A DNA stretch of 45,738 bases from a virus. Its lineage: Duplodnaviria; Caudoviricetes. Positions 24,767-33,294 of the stretch are shown here, one piece after another; positions within the stretch are counted from its first letter, which is position 1, and each line of letters begins with the position of its first letter. A model generated the notes under the pieces. It was not told the origin of the DNA. It did not search any database and saw only the letters and a program-made list of their open reading frames with translations. The translations under genes were made by a program, and so were the position numbers. The stretch covers positions 1-45,738 of IMG/VR virus record IMGVR_UViG_3300042901_001456, one strand, 5' to 3'.

Positions 24767-25012
24767 GTGAAAATGAATAAGATGCAGTTAGAGATTTTAA
24801 TTAAGTTACCAAAACGTCATTACGACGCAGTTATCAAATTATTAAATAGTAAGGTTACTGACAAGGATTTGAATCCAATGTTTCCAGATAATTGGTCACA
24901 TAATAGTAAATGGCCACTTGAAAGTGAAGAATCAAATGCTGAACGTTGGGAAAAATGGCAACCACATCAGATACGAATTGATGCTGAACTTGAACGCCAA
25001 ATGGGTTGTTAA
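24767..25012 (+). CDS. Hypothetical protein
   Basis: Cassette gene after the promoter at 24727; ATG 24773 is an alternative start. Confidence 0.6.
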   Translation: MKMNKMQLEILIKLPKRHYDAVIKLLNSKVTDKDLNPMFPDNWSHNSKWPLESEESNAERWEKWQPHQIRIDAELERQMGC

Positions 25013-25013
25013 T

Positions 25014-25039
25014 TGACCGCGATTAATTTAGTATATTTA
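25014..25039 (+). promoter_or_regulatory. TGACC-N13-TAnnTTTA promoter motif
   Basis: TGACC gcgattaatttag TATATTTA. Confidence 0.75.
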
Positions 25040-25056
25040 GATATAAATAAGAAATT

Positions 25057-25224
25057 ATGAAATTAGAGTTAAGTCAAGCAGAGTTAAACGAGTTAGTTTA
25101 TGCTTTAGGTTACACACAAATTTACGGTAAATTAAGAAATACTGAGATTGTTGATGAATTAGAAAGTAAGCTATATAAAGCCTTAGTTATTGAAAATCAG
25201 AAATTAGAAAAAAATAAAAAATAA
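25057..25224 (+). CDS. Small hypothetical protein (55 aa)
   Basis: MKLELSQAELNELVYALGY...; follows the promoter at 25014. Confidence 0.6.
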   Translation: MKLELSQAELNELVYALGYTQIYGKLRNTEIVDELESKLYKALVIENQKLEKNKK

Positions 25225-25229
25225 AAGTT

Positions 25230-25580
25230 ATGAATAGTATACATTTTAGACAATTACGAGATCCAAAATTGATTAACGGTACTAGCTTTTTCAACGATTT
25301 GATATACGCTACACCTAACGAAATGAAGTATTTACTTGGTGAACCAACATTTGAACAAAATGATGGTGAAGGAAAAGTAAACATGGAATGGTTTTTAGAA
25401 ATGGAAGATGGTAATGTGATTACTGTTTATGATTATAAAGAACACAAACCACTTCACCCCAACGGCCAAGTTGAATGGCATATTGGAGGAAATTTTAAAT
25501 TTGACACTCATTTGGCTAAACAATTATTAAGTGAAGAACTTCAACAAGCACATGATGAGTTAATGCGTGACCTGAAATAA
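25230..25580 (+). CDS. Conserved phage hypothetical protein
   Basis: GTS, LGEP, GKVNMEW, TVYDYK, WHIGG pattern. Confidence 0.7.
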   Translation: MNSIHFRQLRDPKLINGTSFFNDLIYATPNEMKYLLGEPTFEQNDGEGKVNMEWFLEMEDGNVITVYDYKEHKPLHPNGQVEWHIGGNFKFDTHLAKQLLSEELQQAHDELMRDLK

Positions 25581-25594
25581 ATTTAATATATTAA
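25568..25594 (+). promoter_or_regulatory. Variant promoter motif (14-nt spacer)
   Basis: TGACC-N14-TATATTAA. Confidence 0.4.
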
Positions 25595-25611
25595 TATATA
25601 AATAGGAAAAT

Positions 25612-25752
25612 ATGGAAAAACAAATGGATGAGCTGGAGCAAAACTTACGATCACTAGATGCTTCATTTGATCGTATGATGGAAAAACTAGATAATATTTC
25701 TAAAATGATTGATGACCTTAAAAAAGCATTAGATGGCGAAGAAGGAAATTAA
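25612..25752 (+). CDS. Small coiled-coil protein (46 aa)
   Basis: MEKQMDELEQNLRSLDASFDRMMEKLDNISKMIDDLKK... Confidence 0.5.
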   Translation: MEKQMDELEQNLRSLDASFDRMMEKLDNISKMIDDLKKALDGEEGN

Positions 25753-25966
25753 ATCTGTAATTAACGGGATCATAACAGACATTTATTCATCCCGAACTGT
25801 AGATGAAGCAAAAGAATTATTTATTAAGTTTATTGATGCAACTAACATTAAGGAAACAGATAAACAGAAAATGTTGGAGGAGGTCTCTAAAATGACTACT
25901 CTAAGAAAGATTCAACAGTACGCTACCAATGCTATGTTTAAGTATGAAGGATTAGGAATTGATTAA
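25733..25966 (+). CDS. Hypothetical protein
   Basis: Ends in NAMFKYEGLG. Confidence 0.6.
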   Translation: MAKKEIKSVINGIITDIYSSRTVDEAKELFIKFIDATNIKETDKQKMLEEVSKMTTLRKIQQYATNAMFKYEGLGID

Positions 25967-25980
25967 TTAAAATAAAAGTT

Positions 25981-26184
25981 ATGCAAATTACAGACAAAGC
26001 AATCTACCGAACAACTGTTTGGACAGTTGAAACTGAATCAGACACTTATCATGTAACATGTCAAGAAGGTGAACTTCATGACTCATGGCATATTGTAGGT
26101 GATATGTCTGGTGTAGTTGAAAATGGGACTGAACTTGGTTATGAGTTAATTCAATTATGTGAATTTTGGGATGACGCCGAGTAA
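25981..26184 (+). CDS. Small acidic hypothetical protein
   Basis: AAAGTTATG start context. Confidence 0.6.
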   Translation: MQITDKAIYRTTVWTVETESDTYHVTCQEGELHDSWHIVGDMSGVVENGTELGYELIQLCEFWDDAE

Positions 26185-26204
26185 AAAATAAAAATAAATA
26201 AACT

Positions 26205-26336
26205 ATGGAATTTAATGAACACGATAATAGAAAAGATTTAGAACGATTAGTTCACTTTAAAGTAGCAATGATGTTTTATTCATTTTGTGTTACTTATTGG
26301 TTAATGGATTTTCTAAAATTTATTTGGAATCTATAA
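26205..26336 (+). CDS. Small membrane protein (43 aa)
   Basis: Manual translation shows a hydrophobic C-terminal half. Confidence 0.45.
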   Translation: MEFNEHDNRKDLERLVHFKVAMMFYSFCVTYWLMDFLKFIWNL

Positions 26337-26354
26337 AAACAAAAATAAACAGTT

Positions 26355-26570
26355 ATGAAAGAGTATTTTGAAGCTATTGTAGACCTTATTTCACTCACTT
26401 TATTTGGTGAGCGTACTATGACAGGTGAACCTATTAATTTAGAAAAAGGTAGGAAAGTAACTTTTAAAACTACTTATCCAGATAATCAACCAGATGAAAA
26501 TACTTGGAATAAAATGTTTAGAGTAAGTTCACTTCATAGGGTTGAACAAAAAGTTTACTTTGGAAAATAA
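26355..26570 (+). CDS. Hypothetical protein
   Basis: CAGTTATG start context. Confidence 0.6.
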   Translation: MKEYFEAIVDLISLTLFGERTMTGEPINLEKGRKVTFKTTYPDNQPDENTWNKMFRVSSLHRVEQKVYFGK

Positions 26571-26576
26571 TAAATT

Positions 26577-26711
26577 ATGAATAAACAGGATTTTAAGTGT
26601 GTAGATGGGTTGTATTATGTAGGTAATGTTTTAGATGTGGATGGTAATCCATGGGTTGAAGAAGAACAACTAGAACTTATTATTGAAGAACTTAATAACG
26701 GAGTACAATGA
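26577..26711 (+). CDS. Small hypothetical protein (44 aa)
   Basis: MNKQDFKCVDGLYYVGNVLDVDGNPWV...; ATGA overlap with the next gene. Confidence 0.5.
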   Translation: MNKQDFKCVDGLYYVGNVLDVDGNPWVEEEQLELIIEELNNGVQ

Positions 26712-27214
26712 GTGTTAGAGATATAAAACGTATTACTGAAGAACAAGCTCATTTTTATAAACCGCTTATTAGTAATAATTACTCCCCAGAACAACTATGT
26801 GATAAAGCAACTGCTTTTACTCTAACACCTGATCCTAAAGATCCAAGATGGGATATAGTCACTTATTATGAAGACTCTCCATTCGCTCAAGATGGTTCAT
26901 TAACACCAACTGAATTTGTTTATGTGTTAGTAAATGGTTCTTGTCCTGGAATGGTTAAAATAGGAATGACTATTAGGGATGTAGACCAACGAGCAAAAGA
27001 AATTTCAGGTGCAACTGGTGTTCCCACTCCATGGGTTCCAATTTATTCATTTAAGTGTTTTAACTCATATAAACTAGAACAAGAACTTCATGCTCATTTA
27101 GACGCGGTACGCGTAAGTGATAACCGTGAAATGTTTTATATGAAAACAGCTGATGCTGTTAGGATAGTAGAGCAACTAGGAGAAAAATATACTATTCCTA
27201 ACCTCAATTCTTAA
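26708..27214 (+). CDS. T5orf172 (GIY-YIG-like) domain protein
   Basis: FVYVLVN...GMVKIGMT...RAKEI..ATGVPTP, LEQELH, NREMF. Confidence 0.85.
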   Translation: MSVRDIKRITEEQAHFYKPLISNNYSPEQLCDKATAFTLTPDPKDPRWDIVTYYEDSPFAQDGSLTPTEFVYVLVNGSCPGMVKIGMTIRDVDQRAKEISGATGVPTPWVPIYSFKCFNSYKLEQELHAHLDAVRVSDNREMFYMKTADAVRIVEQLGEKYTIPNLNS

Positions 27215-27224
27215 TTTATCTTAA
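27199..27224 (+). promoter_or_regulatory. Variant promoter motif (TAACC)
   Basis: TAACC tcaattcttaatt TATCTTAA. Confidence 0.5.
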
Positions 27225-27236
27225 AAATAAAAAGTT

Positions 27237-28364
27237 ATGTTAAATAAAGTTGTTGAAATACAAATTAGTGAATCTTGGAGTAAAAATAATACGGTAGAAT
27301 GGAGACTTGTAAATTATTGGGGTGGTGAGAGTCGTTATTTCATTAATGAACATGATAGTAAAGAACTCCAATCACTATTTAAATTTGTAAATGATTCTCA
27401 AAACACTGTTAACAAAGGAGATAAGGTATATGCTTCTAAAGCCAGTGAATTACCTCGATTTAAATTAAAAGAATTTATTAATGATAATGGATTGAAGAAA
27501 ACATCTCGTTATAATCAAGCTGATGTTATTATTATTAATAGAGGACACTTTATACAAATGCTTAAAGAATGTAAATTTAAAGAGTATACATTTCTTAAAG
27601 GAGATTTTGCTGAAAGTAAAATTGTTAAAAGAGATAATAATGATAATACTTATAAATTTTTTAAAGAAAATCTAAAAAATAACTCTGATAAAGATACTGT
27701 AGCAATGGTTTCTGAATGGTCTATTCAAGAAATGGAGAAAGGTAATTTAGGAAAAAAATATCCAACTGATAAAATTTTATATGATACTAACACTATCAAA
27801 ATAAAAGGTACTAATATAAATTTATACCGTAGCGCTCGTTTATCAAATTTAATGAATATACTTTTTGAACTCAGAAAAGAAATAATGAGTGGAAAAGTAA
27901 GAATTGTATTTGATGAAGATATGTTTGTTACTCTAAACAAAGAAGGAATTGAACTTGATGATGAGTATTTACAAACACTTCGTGATATGTTATTTAGTTC
28001 TGATAAAGCTAATGTTAAATTAGGTTTTGAAATGATGTCTAATTTGGTTGTTAATAATCATATGTTGTTATCAGTTTCATTTTTATTAAATGAATTAATG
28101 CATACAACTAAATTTAGACCAAGTTATTATACATCATCTAATACTAACCTAAAAAGTCTTTTAAAGGTGTTAAGTACTAAGGGTATTAGATGGGAACGTG
28201 ATTGGAAAACATTTGGTACTGGGTTGAGAAATAACTTTAAAACGGGTAAAGAAGGAGAAGTTGTTAAAAAATTCTTATTAGATAATATCAACCGTGAATT
28301 TAAAATAAGTAATTCAGCTGCGGAGAGTTTAGTTGATATTGTTTTTTCAACCGAGGCTCAATAG
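27237..28364 (+). CDS. Hypothetical protein with N-terminal BRCT-like segment
   Basis: KVYASKASELPRFKLKEFINDNGLKKTSRYNQADVIII resembles BRCT beta1-alpha1-beta2-beta3; lies upstream of the vWA/MoxR pair. Confidence 0.55.
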   Translation: MLNKVVEIQISESWSKNNTVEWRLVNYWGGESRYFINEHDSKELQSLFKFVNDSQNTVNKGDKVYASKASELPRFKLKEFINDNGLKKTSRYNQADVIIINRGHFIQMLKECKFKEYTFLKGDFAESKIVKRDNNDNTYKFFKENLKNNSDKDTVAMVSEWSIQEMEKGNLGKKYPTDKILYDTNTIKIKGTNINLYRSARLSNLMNILFELRKEIMSGKVRIVFDEDMFVTLNKEGIELDDEYLQTLRDMLFSSDKANVKLGFEMMSNLVVNNHMLLSVSFLLNELMHTTKFRPSYYTSSNTNLKSLLKVLSTKGIRWERDWKTFGTGLRNNFKTGKEGEVVKKFLLDNINREFKISNSAAESLVDIVFSTEAQ

Positions 28365-28373
28365 TTAAATTAA
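28348..28373 (+). promoter_or_regulatory. Variant promoter motif (CAACC)
   Basis: CAACC gaggctcaatagt TAAATTAA. Confidence 0.5.
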
Positions 28374-28388
28374 TATAAAATAAATTAT

Positions 28389-29630
28389 ATGATAGATAAT
28401 ATTCACGCAGACATTGCCAAACACTCAAAAACATTAATGTTTAAAGAACCATTTTATGGTTTGTTTTTGATTAGTTTGAATAAAGAAATTAATGACGCTG
28501 TTCAAACAGCTTGTGTTGCTAAAGACGGTATTAATACTAAATTAGTTATTAGTCCTAAGTTTTGGGAGACAATAAGTGATAATGTTAAGATTGCTGTTTT
28601 GAAACATGAGTTGTTACATATCGCTTTTAAACATCTTCAAATGTATGATGATTATCCAGAAAAAGAGTTATTGAATATAGCTGCTGATTTGGAGATTAAT
28701 CAATATATTGAAGACTCTTATAAAGACGAAACTTGGGAGGGTTTAGAAATTACTGATGCACCTTGGAATACTCTTAATTTACCTATTAAAGCGGGTACTA
28801 GAAAATATTATGAGTTGTTATTACAAGAATGTAAAAACAATCCTAATGGTGATGTTTGTAAATTTGTAGATGCTATGAAAGATGCTAATGAAGGTGGATG
28901 TTCAAAAACAATTACATTAGGTAATGGTACTGAAGTTGAAGTAAAAGCATCTCATGAGTTTTGGAAACAATATGAGGGTATGGATGAGGCAGAAAAGAAA
29001 TTGATGGAAAAACAAATTGAACATCAATTAAAAGAAACTGCTGAACAAGTACAAAAACAAAGAGGACATATACCTGGTGAATTAAAAGAATTAATTGATA
29101 GTTTATATGTTACTGAAGAACCAGTTATTGATTGGAGAGCATATTTGAGACGTTTTAATGGTATGGCTAGTAAAGTATTTACTAAGAAAACAAGACGTAA
29201 ACCAAATAAACGTTTCTATGGTAATCCTGCCCTTAAAATTAAACAAAGAAAAAATACACTAGTTGCTATTGATACTTCAGGTTCAGTTTCTAAAGACGAC
29301 TTAAAGGAGTTTTTAAGTGAAATTCATCACATATATAAAACAGGTACTGAAGTAACTGTTATTGAATGTGATGCTTCAATTGGACGTGTTTATGAATATA
29401 AAGGTGAAGTTAAGGAATCTAAAGAAGTAACTGGCCGTGGAGGTACTAGTTATGAACCAGTAATGCAATATCTTAAAGCTCATAAAGACAAATATCAGAA
29501 CCTAATTTATCTAACTGATGGTGAATGTAGTATTGAACAGACACAACCATGTAAACCTGTTTTATGGGTTCACTGTTCAGGAAGAAGAATTAATGAAGAA
29601 TTACCTGGTGCTAAAGTACAAATTGCATGA
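28389..29630 (+). CDS. DUF2201-type metallopeptidase + vWA domain protein
   Basis: KHELLH (HExxH), NIAADLEIN; C-terminal AIDTSGS (MIDAS), GRGGT, IYLTDG. Confidence 0.88.
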   Translation: MIDNIHADIAKHSKTLMFKEPFYGLFLISLNKEINDAVQTACVAKDGINTKLVISPKFWETISDNVKIAVLKHELLHIAFKHLQMYDDYPEKELLNIAADLEINQYIEDSYKDETWEGLEITDAPWNTLNLPIKAGTRKYYELLLQECKNNPNGDVCKFVDAMKDANEGGCSKTITLGNGTEVEVKASHEFWKQYEGMDEAEKKLMEKQIEHQLKETAEQVQKQRGHIPGELKELIDSLYVTEEPVIDWRAYLRRFNGMASKVFTKKTRRKPNKRFYGNPALKIKQRKNTLVAIDTSGSVSKDDLKEFLSEIHHIYKTGTEVTVIECDASIGRVYEYKGEVKESKEVTGRGGTSYEPVMQYLKAHKDKYQNLIYLTDGECSIEQTQPCKPVLWVHCSGRRINEELPGAKVQIA

Positions 29631-29653
29631 CCTTAATTAATAACTTAAATTTA
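29628..29653 (+). promoter_or_regulatory. TGACC-N13-TAnnTTTA promoter motif
   Basis: TGACC ttaattaataact TAAATTTA; the TGA is the stop codon of the vWA gene. Confidence 0.7.
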
Positions 29654-29675
29654 ATTATATTAAAAAATAAGAAAA

Positions 29676-30869
29676 ATGGCTAAGAAATCAACATCAAAAA
29701 CAAACGCAACTGTATCATTAAATGTCCATGAATTAAAGGACTTTTTGAAACACATTATTGATAACAATCGTTATCTACAAGAAAACAATAAACCAATGGT
29801 GAGTACTGAAGTAGTAGGTGACTCAGGTATTGGTAAAACATCTTCTATTATTCAGTTAGCAAATGAATTAGGATTGAATTTTGTTAAATTGAACCTTGCA
29901 CAAATTGAAGAAATTGGTGACTTGGTTGGTTTTCCAATTCGTCAATTTGAAATGACAGATACTAAAGAAAGAGTATGGGTTGATGAAAATGCAGTTGATG
30001 ACTATCGTAAAGAAGGTTTTGCAACTACAGGTTTGAACCGTATGAGTTATTGTCCGCCAGAATGGATTAGTGGTAAAGACAATGGTGGTATATTATTGTT
30101 GGATGACTGGAATCGCGCTGATATGAGATTCATTCAAGCTGTAATGGAGTTAATTGATAGACAACAATATATTAGTTGGAAGTTACCTAAAGATTGGCAT
30201 ATCATCTTAACAAGTAATCCTGATAATGGAGATTACTTAGTTAACAGTATTGACAACGCTCAAAAAACGAGATTCATTAGTGTTAATTTAAAGTTTGATC
30301 TTAAATGTTGGGGTAAGTGGGCTGAAGAAAATAAGTTGGATGGTAGATGTATTAACTTCTTATTGATGCATCCAGAGTTAGTTACTAAAGAAATTAACAG
30401 CAGAAGTGTTAGTATGTTCTTTAATAGTATTAGTTCAATTAAAACATTTGAAGATCAATTACCATTAATTCAAATGATTGGTGAGGGTTCAGTTGGTAGT
30501 GAGTTTAGTACTTTGTTTACTATGTTCATTAATAACAAATTGGATAAAATGATATCACCAGAAAATATCATGACACAAGATGAACAGTATGTACTTAATA
30601 CACTTAAGAGTTTAGTTGGTAAAGATAAAGCATATAGAGCTGATATTGCGTCAACATTAGGTACAAGGGTTGCTAACTATTTAGAGTTTTATGCTAAAGA
30701 AAATAATGTTGAAAAACCACTAATTGAACGTATCAGTAAAATTGTTACCGAAAAAATATTCGCCACTGATGTATGTTATAATATGGTTAAGTCGATTTAT
30801 AATAGTAATCCAGGTAAATTTAAACTGATGATGTTAAATAAAGAATTGGTTAAATACATTACCAAATAA
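29676..30869 (+). CDS. MoxR-like AAA+ ATPase
   Basis: GDSGIGKT, GDLVGFP, PPEW, LLLDDWNRA, ILTSNP, KTRF. Confidence 0.88.
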   Translation: MAKKSTSKTNATVSLNVHELKDFLKHIIDNNRYLQENNKPMVSTEVVGDSGIGKTSSIIQLANELGLNFVKLNLAQIEEIGDLVGFPIRQFEMTDTKERVWVDENAVDDYRKEGFATTGLNRMSYCPPEWISGKDNGGILLLDDWNRADMRFIQAVMELIDRQQYISWKLPKDWHIILTSNPDNGDYLVNSIDNAQKTRFISVNLKFDLKCWGKWAEENKLDGRCINFLLMHPELVTKEINSRSVSMFFNSISSIKTFEDQLPLIQMIGEGSVGSEFSTLFTMFINNKLDKMISPENIMTQDEQYVLNTLKSLVGKDKAYRADIASTLGTRVANYLEFYAKENNVEKPLIERISKIVTEKIFATDVCYNMVKSIYNSNPGKFKLMMLNKELVKYITK

Positions 30870-30888
30870 TGTTGGTGTTGATTAGCCT

Positions 30889-30920
30889 GAGGGGTAAGCG
30901 TGAGCTTACCTCTCTTATAT
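30889..30920 (+). terminator. Intrinsic terminator after the MoxR ATPase gene
   Basis: GAGGGGTAAGC gtga GCTTACCTCTC (GNRA loop) followed by an AT-rich tail. Confidence 0.75.
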
Positions 30921-30998
30921 ATTTATATATGAACATCAAGAAAAATTTGGCCTCCCAAGAAATTTTCCATATTTTTTTAGAGCACTAATAAGTAACTT

Positions 30999-31304
30999 AT
31001 GAGTAATAAGAGTGAAGTAGGAATAAGGTTATTGACGTTAAGTGATTGTGATTATTGCGAGTGGTTAAAGAGTGAATTAAACGGTTGCGGGTTAACCTAT
31101 GAGAATATTGATGCCTATAAATTTCCTGAATTTGCTGATAAAATAGAGGATAAATTTAAAACTAAATCATACCCAATTGTGTTTATTGATTTAGGAGTTA
31201 AAGTAATTACTATCGTCTCAGAAACAGAGTTGGAGACATCAGATAAATTACTTACATTTGATACAATACCAGACTTAATTAATATTATAAAAAGATATAT
31301 ATGA
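30999..31304 (+). CDS. Glutaredoxin/thioredoxin-fold protein
   Basis: CDYC motif and YPIVFI (cis-Pro loop). Confidence 0.7.
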   Translation: MSNKSEVGIRLLTLSDCDYCEWLKSELNGCGLTYENIDAYKFPEFADKIEDKFKTKSYPIVFIDLGVKVITIVSETELETSDKLLTFDTIPDLINIIKRYI

Positions 31305-31474
31305 GATATAAACAACCAGTACAAAACAAACTAGACCAACTTGAAAACATGTTAATCGGTTTTGAATCACAGTTTTCAAATCCTAAGTTTACATCATTAC
31401 TAGCTAAAGAAATGCTTAGTAAATTAAAAGATAAAGTTGAAGAAATTAGAACATTAATTAACTCCGAACAATAA
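31301..31474 (+). CDS. Small hypothetical protein (57 aa)
   Basis: MRYKQPVQNKLDQLENML...; ATGA overlap with the upstream gene. Confidence 0.6.
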   Translation: MRYKQPVQNKLDQLENMLIGFESQFSNPKFTSLLAKEMLSKLKDKVEEIRTLINSEQ

Positions 31475-31479
31475 AAGTT

Positions 31480-32259
31480 ATGCTAACACCAGAACAAATT
31501 CAAGCTAATTGGACTAAGTTTTTAAATACTATTGACACATACATCTCAGGTGAGCGAGGTGAACAACTTAAAGCCTTCTATCTCAAACATGAAGAGCGTT
31601 TTGTTATGATGCCTGCTTCACATCGTCCACAATACCACAACTGTTTCCCAGGTGGTTATATTGATCATGTTAATCGAGTTGTAGACGCCGCTCTTAAAGT
31701 AGATCAAGTATGGCGTGAGTTTGGAATGGTAGATACTTATACAACTGAGGAACTTGTTTTCTCAGCTATCAATCATGACTTAGGTAAATTTGGAGATGAA
31801 CAAAACGCAGCTTACATTGAACAAACAGATCAATGGAGACGAGATAAGTTGAATGAAACTTATATGTTTAATGATCGTTTAGAGTATATGACTGTTCCTG
31901 ATCGTGGGTTACATCTATTAATTAGTAATGGTATTTTACCTACTAAAAATGAAACATTAGCTATTAAGTTACATGATGGATTATATGATGAAGCTAACAA
32001 ACCATATTTAATCACTTTCAACCCAGAAACTAAACCACGTACTTCACTTATTTATGTTGTTCATCAAGCGGATTTATTAGCCGCCAGAGTTGAATTTGAG
32101 ATGGAATGGTTACCTAAGTTGTTAGGACCAAAGCAAGAACAACCTAAAGAATCTAAAAAAGATAATTTTAAATTAAATAAAAATAATTCGGCTGTTAAGC
32201 AGAAAGCCCTTAAAACAATGGCTAATCCGGCTTTAGCTGAACTAATGAAAAACATATGA
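31480..32259 (+). CDS. HD-domain phosphohydrolase
   Basis: PAS...HNCFPGGYIDH, NHDLGK, IKLHDG, VHQAD. Confidence 0.87.
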   Translation: MLTPEQIQANWTKFLNTIDTYISGERGEQLKAFYLKHEERFVMMPASHRPQYHNCFPGGYIDHVNRVVDAALKVDQVWREFGMVDTYTTEELVFSAINHDLGKFGDEQNAAYIEQTDQWRRDKLNETYMFNDRLEYMTVPDRGLHLLISNGILPTKNETLAIKLHDGLYDEANKPYLITFNPETKPRTSLIYVVHQADLLAARVEFEMEWLPKLLGPKQEQPKESKKDNFKLNKNNSAVKQKALKTMANPALAELMKNI

Positions 32260-32528
32260 TACTAGGAATTATTTCAATTGTACTTTGGGTATTCACAATA
32301 TTCGGATACATCATTTGGAACTTAAATCAAAAAGTAACTAAATTAGAGCAAATTGCTACTAAACAAAAAATCATTATTGATAGTGTAGCCGCTATAGTTG
32401 AGGAATCAAATAAACAACTACATCAAGTTGATTTAACTGAAGCATTTAAAGCGGATGATCAGATTGGTTTCTTCTTCCGTAACTTACAAAACATTCAAGA
32501 TTCGTTAAGTCATTATTTAAAAAGCTAA
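32256..32528 (+). CDS. Membrane-anchored coiled-coil protein
   Basis: N-terminal transmembrane helix; C-terminal DDQIGFFF. Confidence 0.6.
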   Translation: MILGIISIVLWVFTIFGYIIWNLNQKVTKLEQIATKQKIIIDSVAAIVEESNKQLHQVDLTEAFKADDQIGFFFRNLQNIQDSLSHYLKS

Positions 32529-32529
32529 G

Positions 32530-33279
32530 ATGAGTGAAGAAGTATTGCTAACGAAGAAGGGGACTGTCCGTAAACGCAAACCAAAACAGTCAATTAATTA
32601 TTTCACTCAGGAAACTGAAAATGCCATCATTGAGTATTTAAAATTAAGAAGTCCTAAAAAACGAAATAAACTTTTTAATGAAAAAATCAATTACGCGTTT
32701 CATAAATTGGCTGAGAATATCATTCATACTTTTAAGTTTTACTATACAGAAGTTGATACAATCCCTGAACTCCAACATGAGGTAGTAGCATTTCTTTTAG
32801 AAAAATTACATCTGTATGACCAGTCAAAAGGAAAAGCTTATTCTTACTTTGGTACTATTGCTAAACGCTATCTTATCCTATACAATAATGCTAATTATAA
32901 GAAACTAAAAGATAAAGCACCTGTTGAAGCTGTTGATGAGGATAAGTCAATATTGATTGATCTTGTAAATACTAGTGAAAAAGCTAATGATCTTGAACCA
33001 ACATCATTTTTAAAACAATTCACTAAGTATGTAGATCACAATATATTTATTTTATTTCCTAAACAACGTGACGCTCAAATAGCTGATGCTATTATTGAGT
33101 TATTCCGTAAAAGTGAAAATATTGATGTTTTTAATAAGAAAGCCTTATACATCTATATTAAGGAAATGACTGAGGCATCAACACCTCAAATTACTAAAAT
33201 TATCAAGCGTTTAAAAGTAATATATGTTCGTAAGTTCAATGAATTTTATGAACATGGACGTATTACTATGGCGCTATAA
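32530..33279 (+). CDS. Phage sigma factor-like protein (T4 gp55-like, sigma region 2)
   Basis: NYFT, KLAENI, LHLYDQSKGKAYSYFGTIAKRYLI resemble gp55/sigma-70 region 2; lies directly upstream of the structural genes. Confidence 0.7.
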   Translation: MSEEVLLTKKGTVRKRKPKQSINYFTQETENAIIEYLKLRSPKKRNKLFNEKINYAFHKLAENIIHTFKFYYTEVDTIPELQHEVVAFLLEKLHLYDQSKGKAYSYFGTIAKRYLILYNNANYKKLKDKAPVEAVDEDKSILIDLVNTSEKANDLEPTSFLKQFTKYVDHNIFILFPKQRDAQIADAIIELFRKSENIDVFNKKALYIYIKEMTEASTPQITKIIKRLKVIYVRKFNEFYEHGRITMAL

Positions 33280-33294
33280 CTCCTTACATCTTCC

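Noticed and set aside
24463-25060. CRISPR array suggested by the recurring TGACCGC...TATATTTA repeats
   Set aside because: Repeats are degenerate, 260-290 nt apart, and separated by intact ORFs rather than 30-40 nt spacers; no cas genes are present.
25183-25207. Additional IHF-like site TTGAAAATCAG
   Set aside because: Spacing to TTR is off by one, the site lies inside an ORF, and it lacks the TATAGAACG arms.
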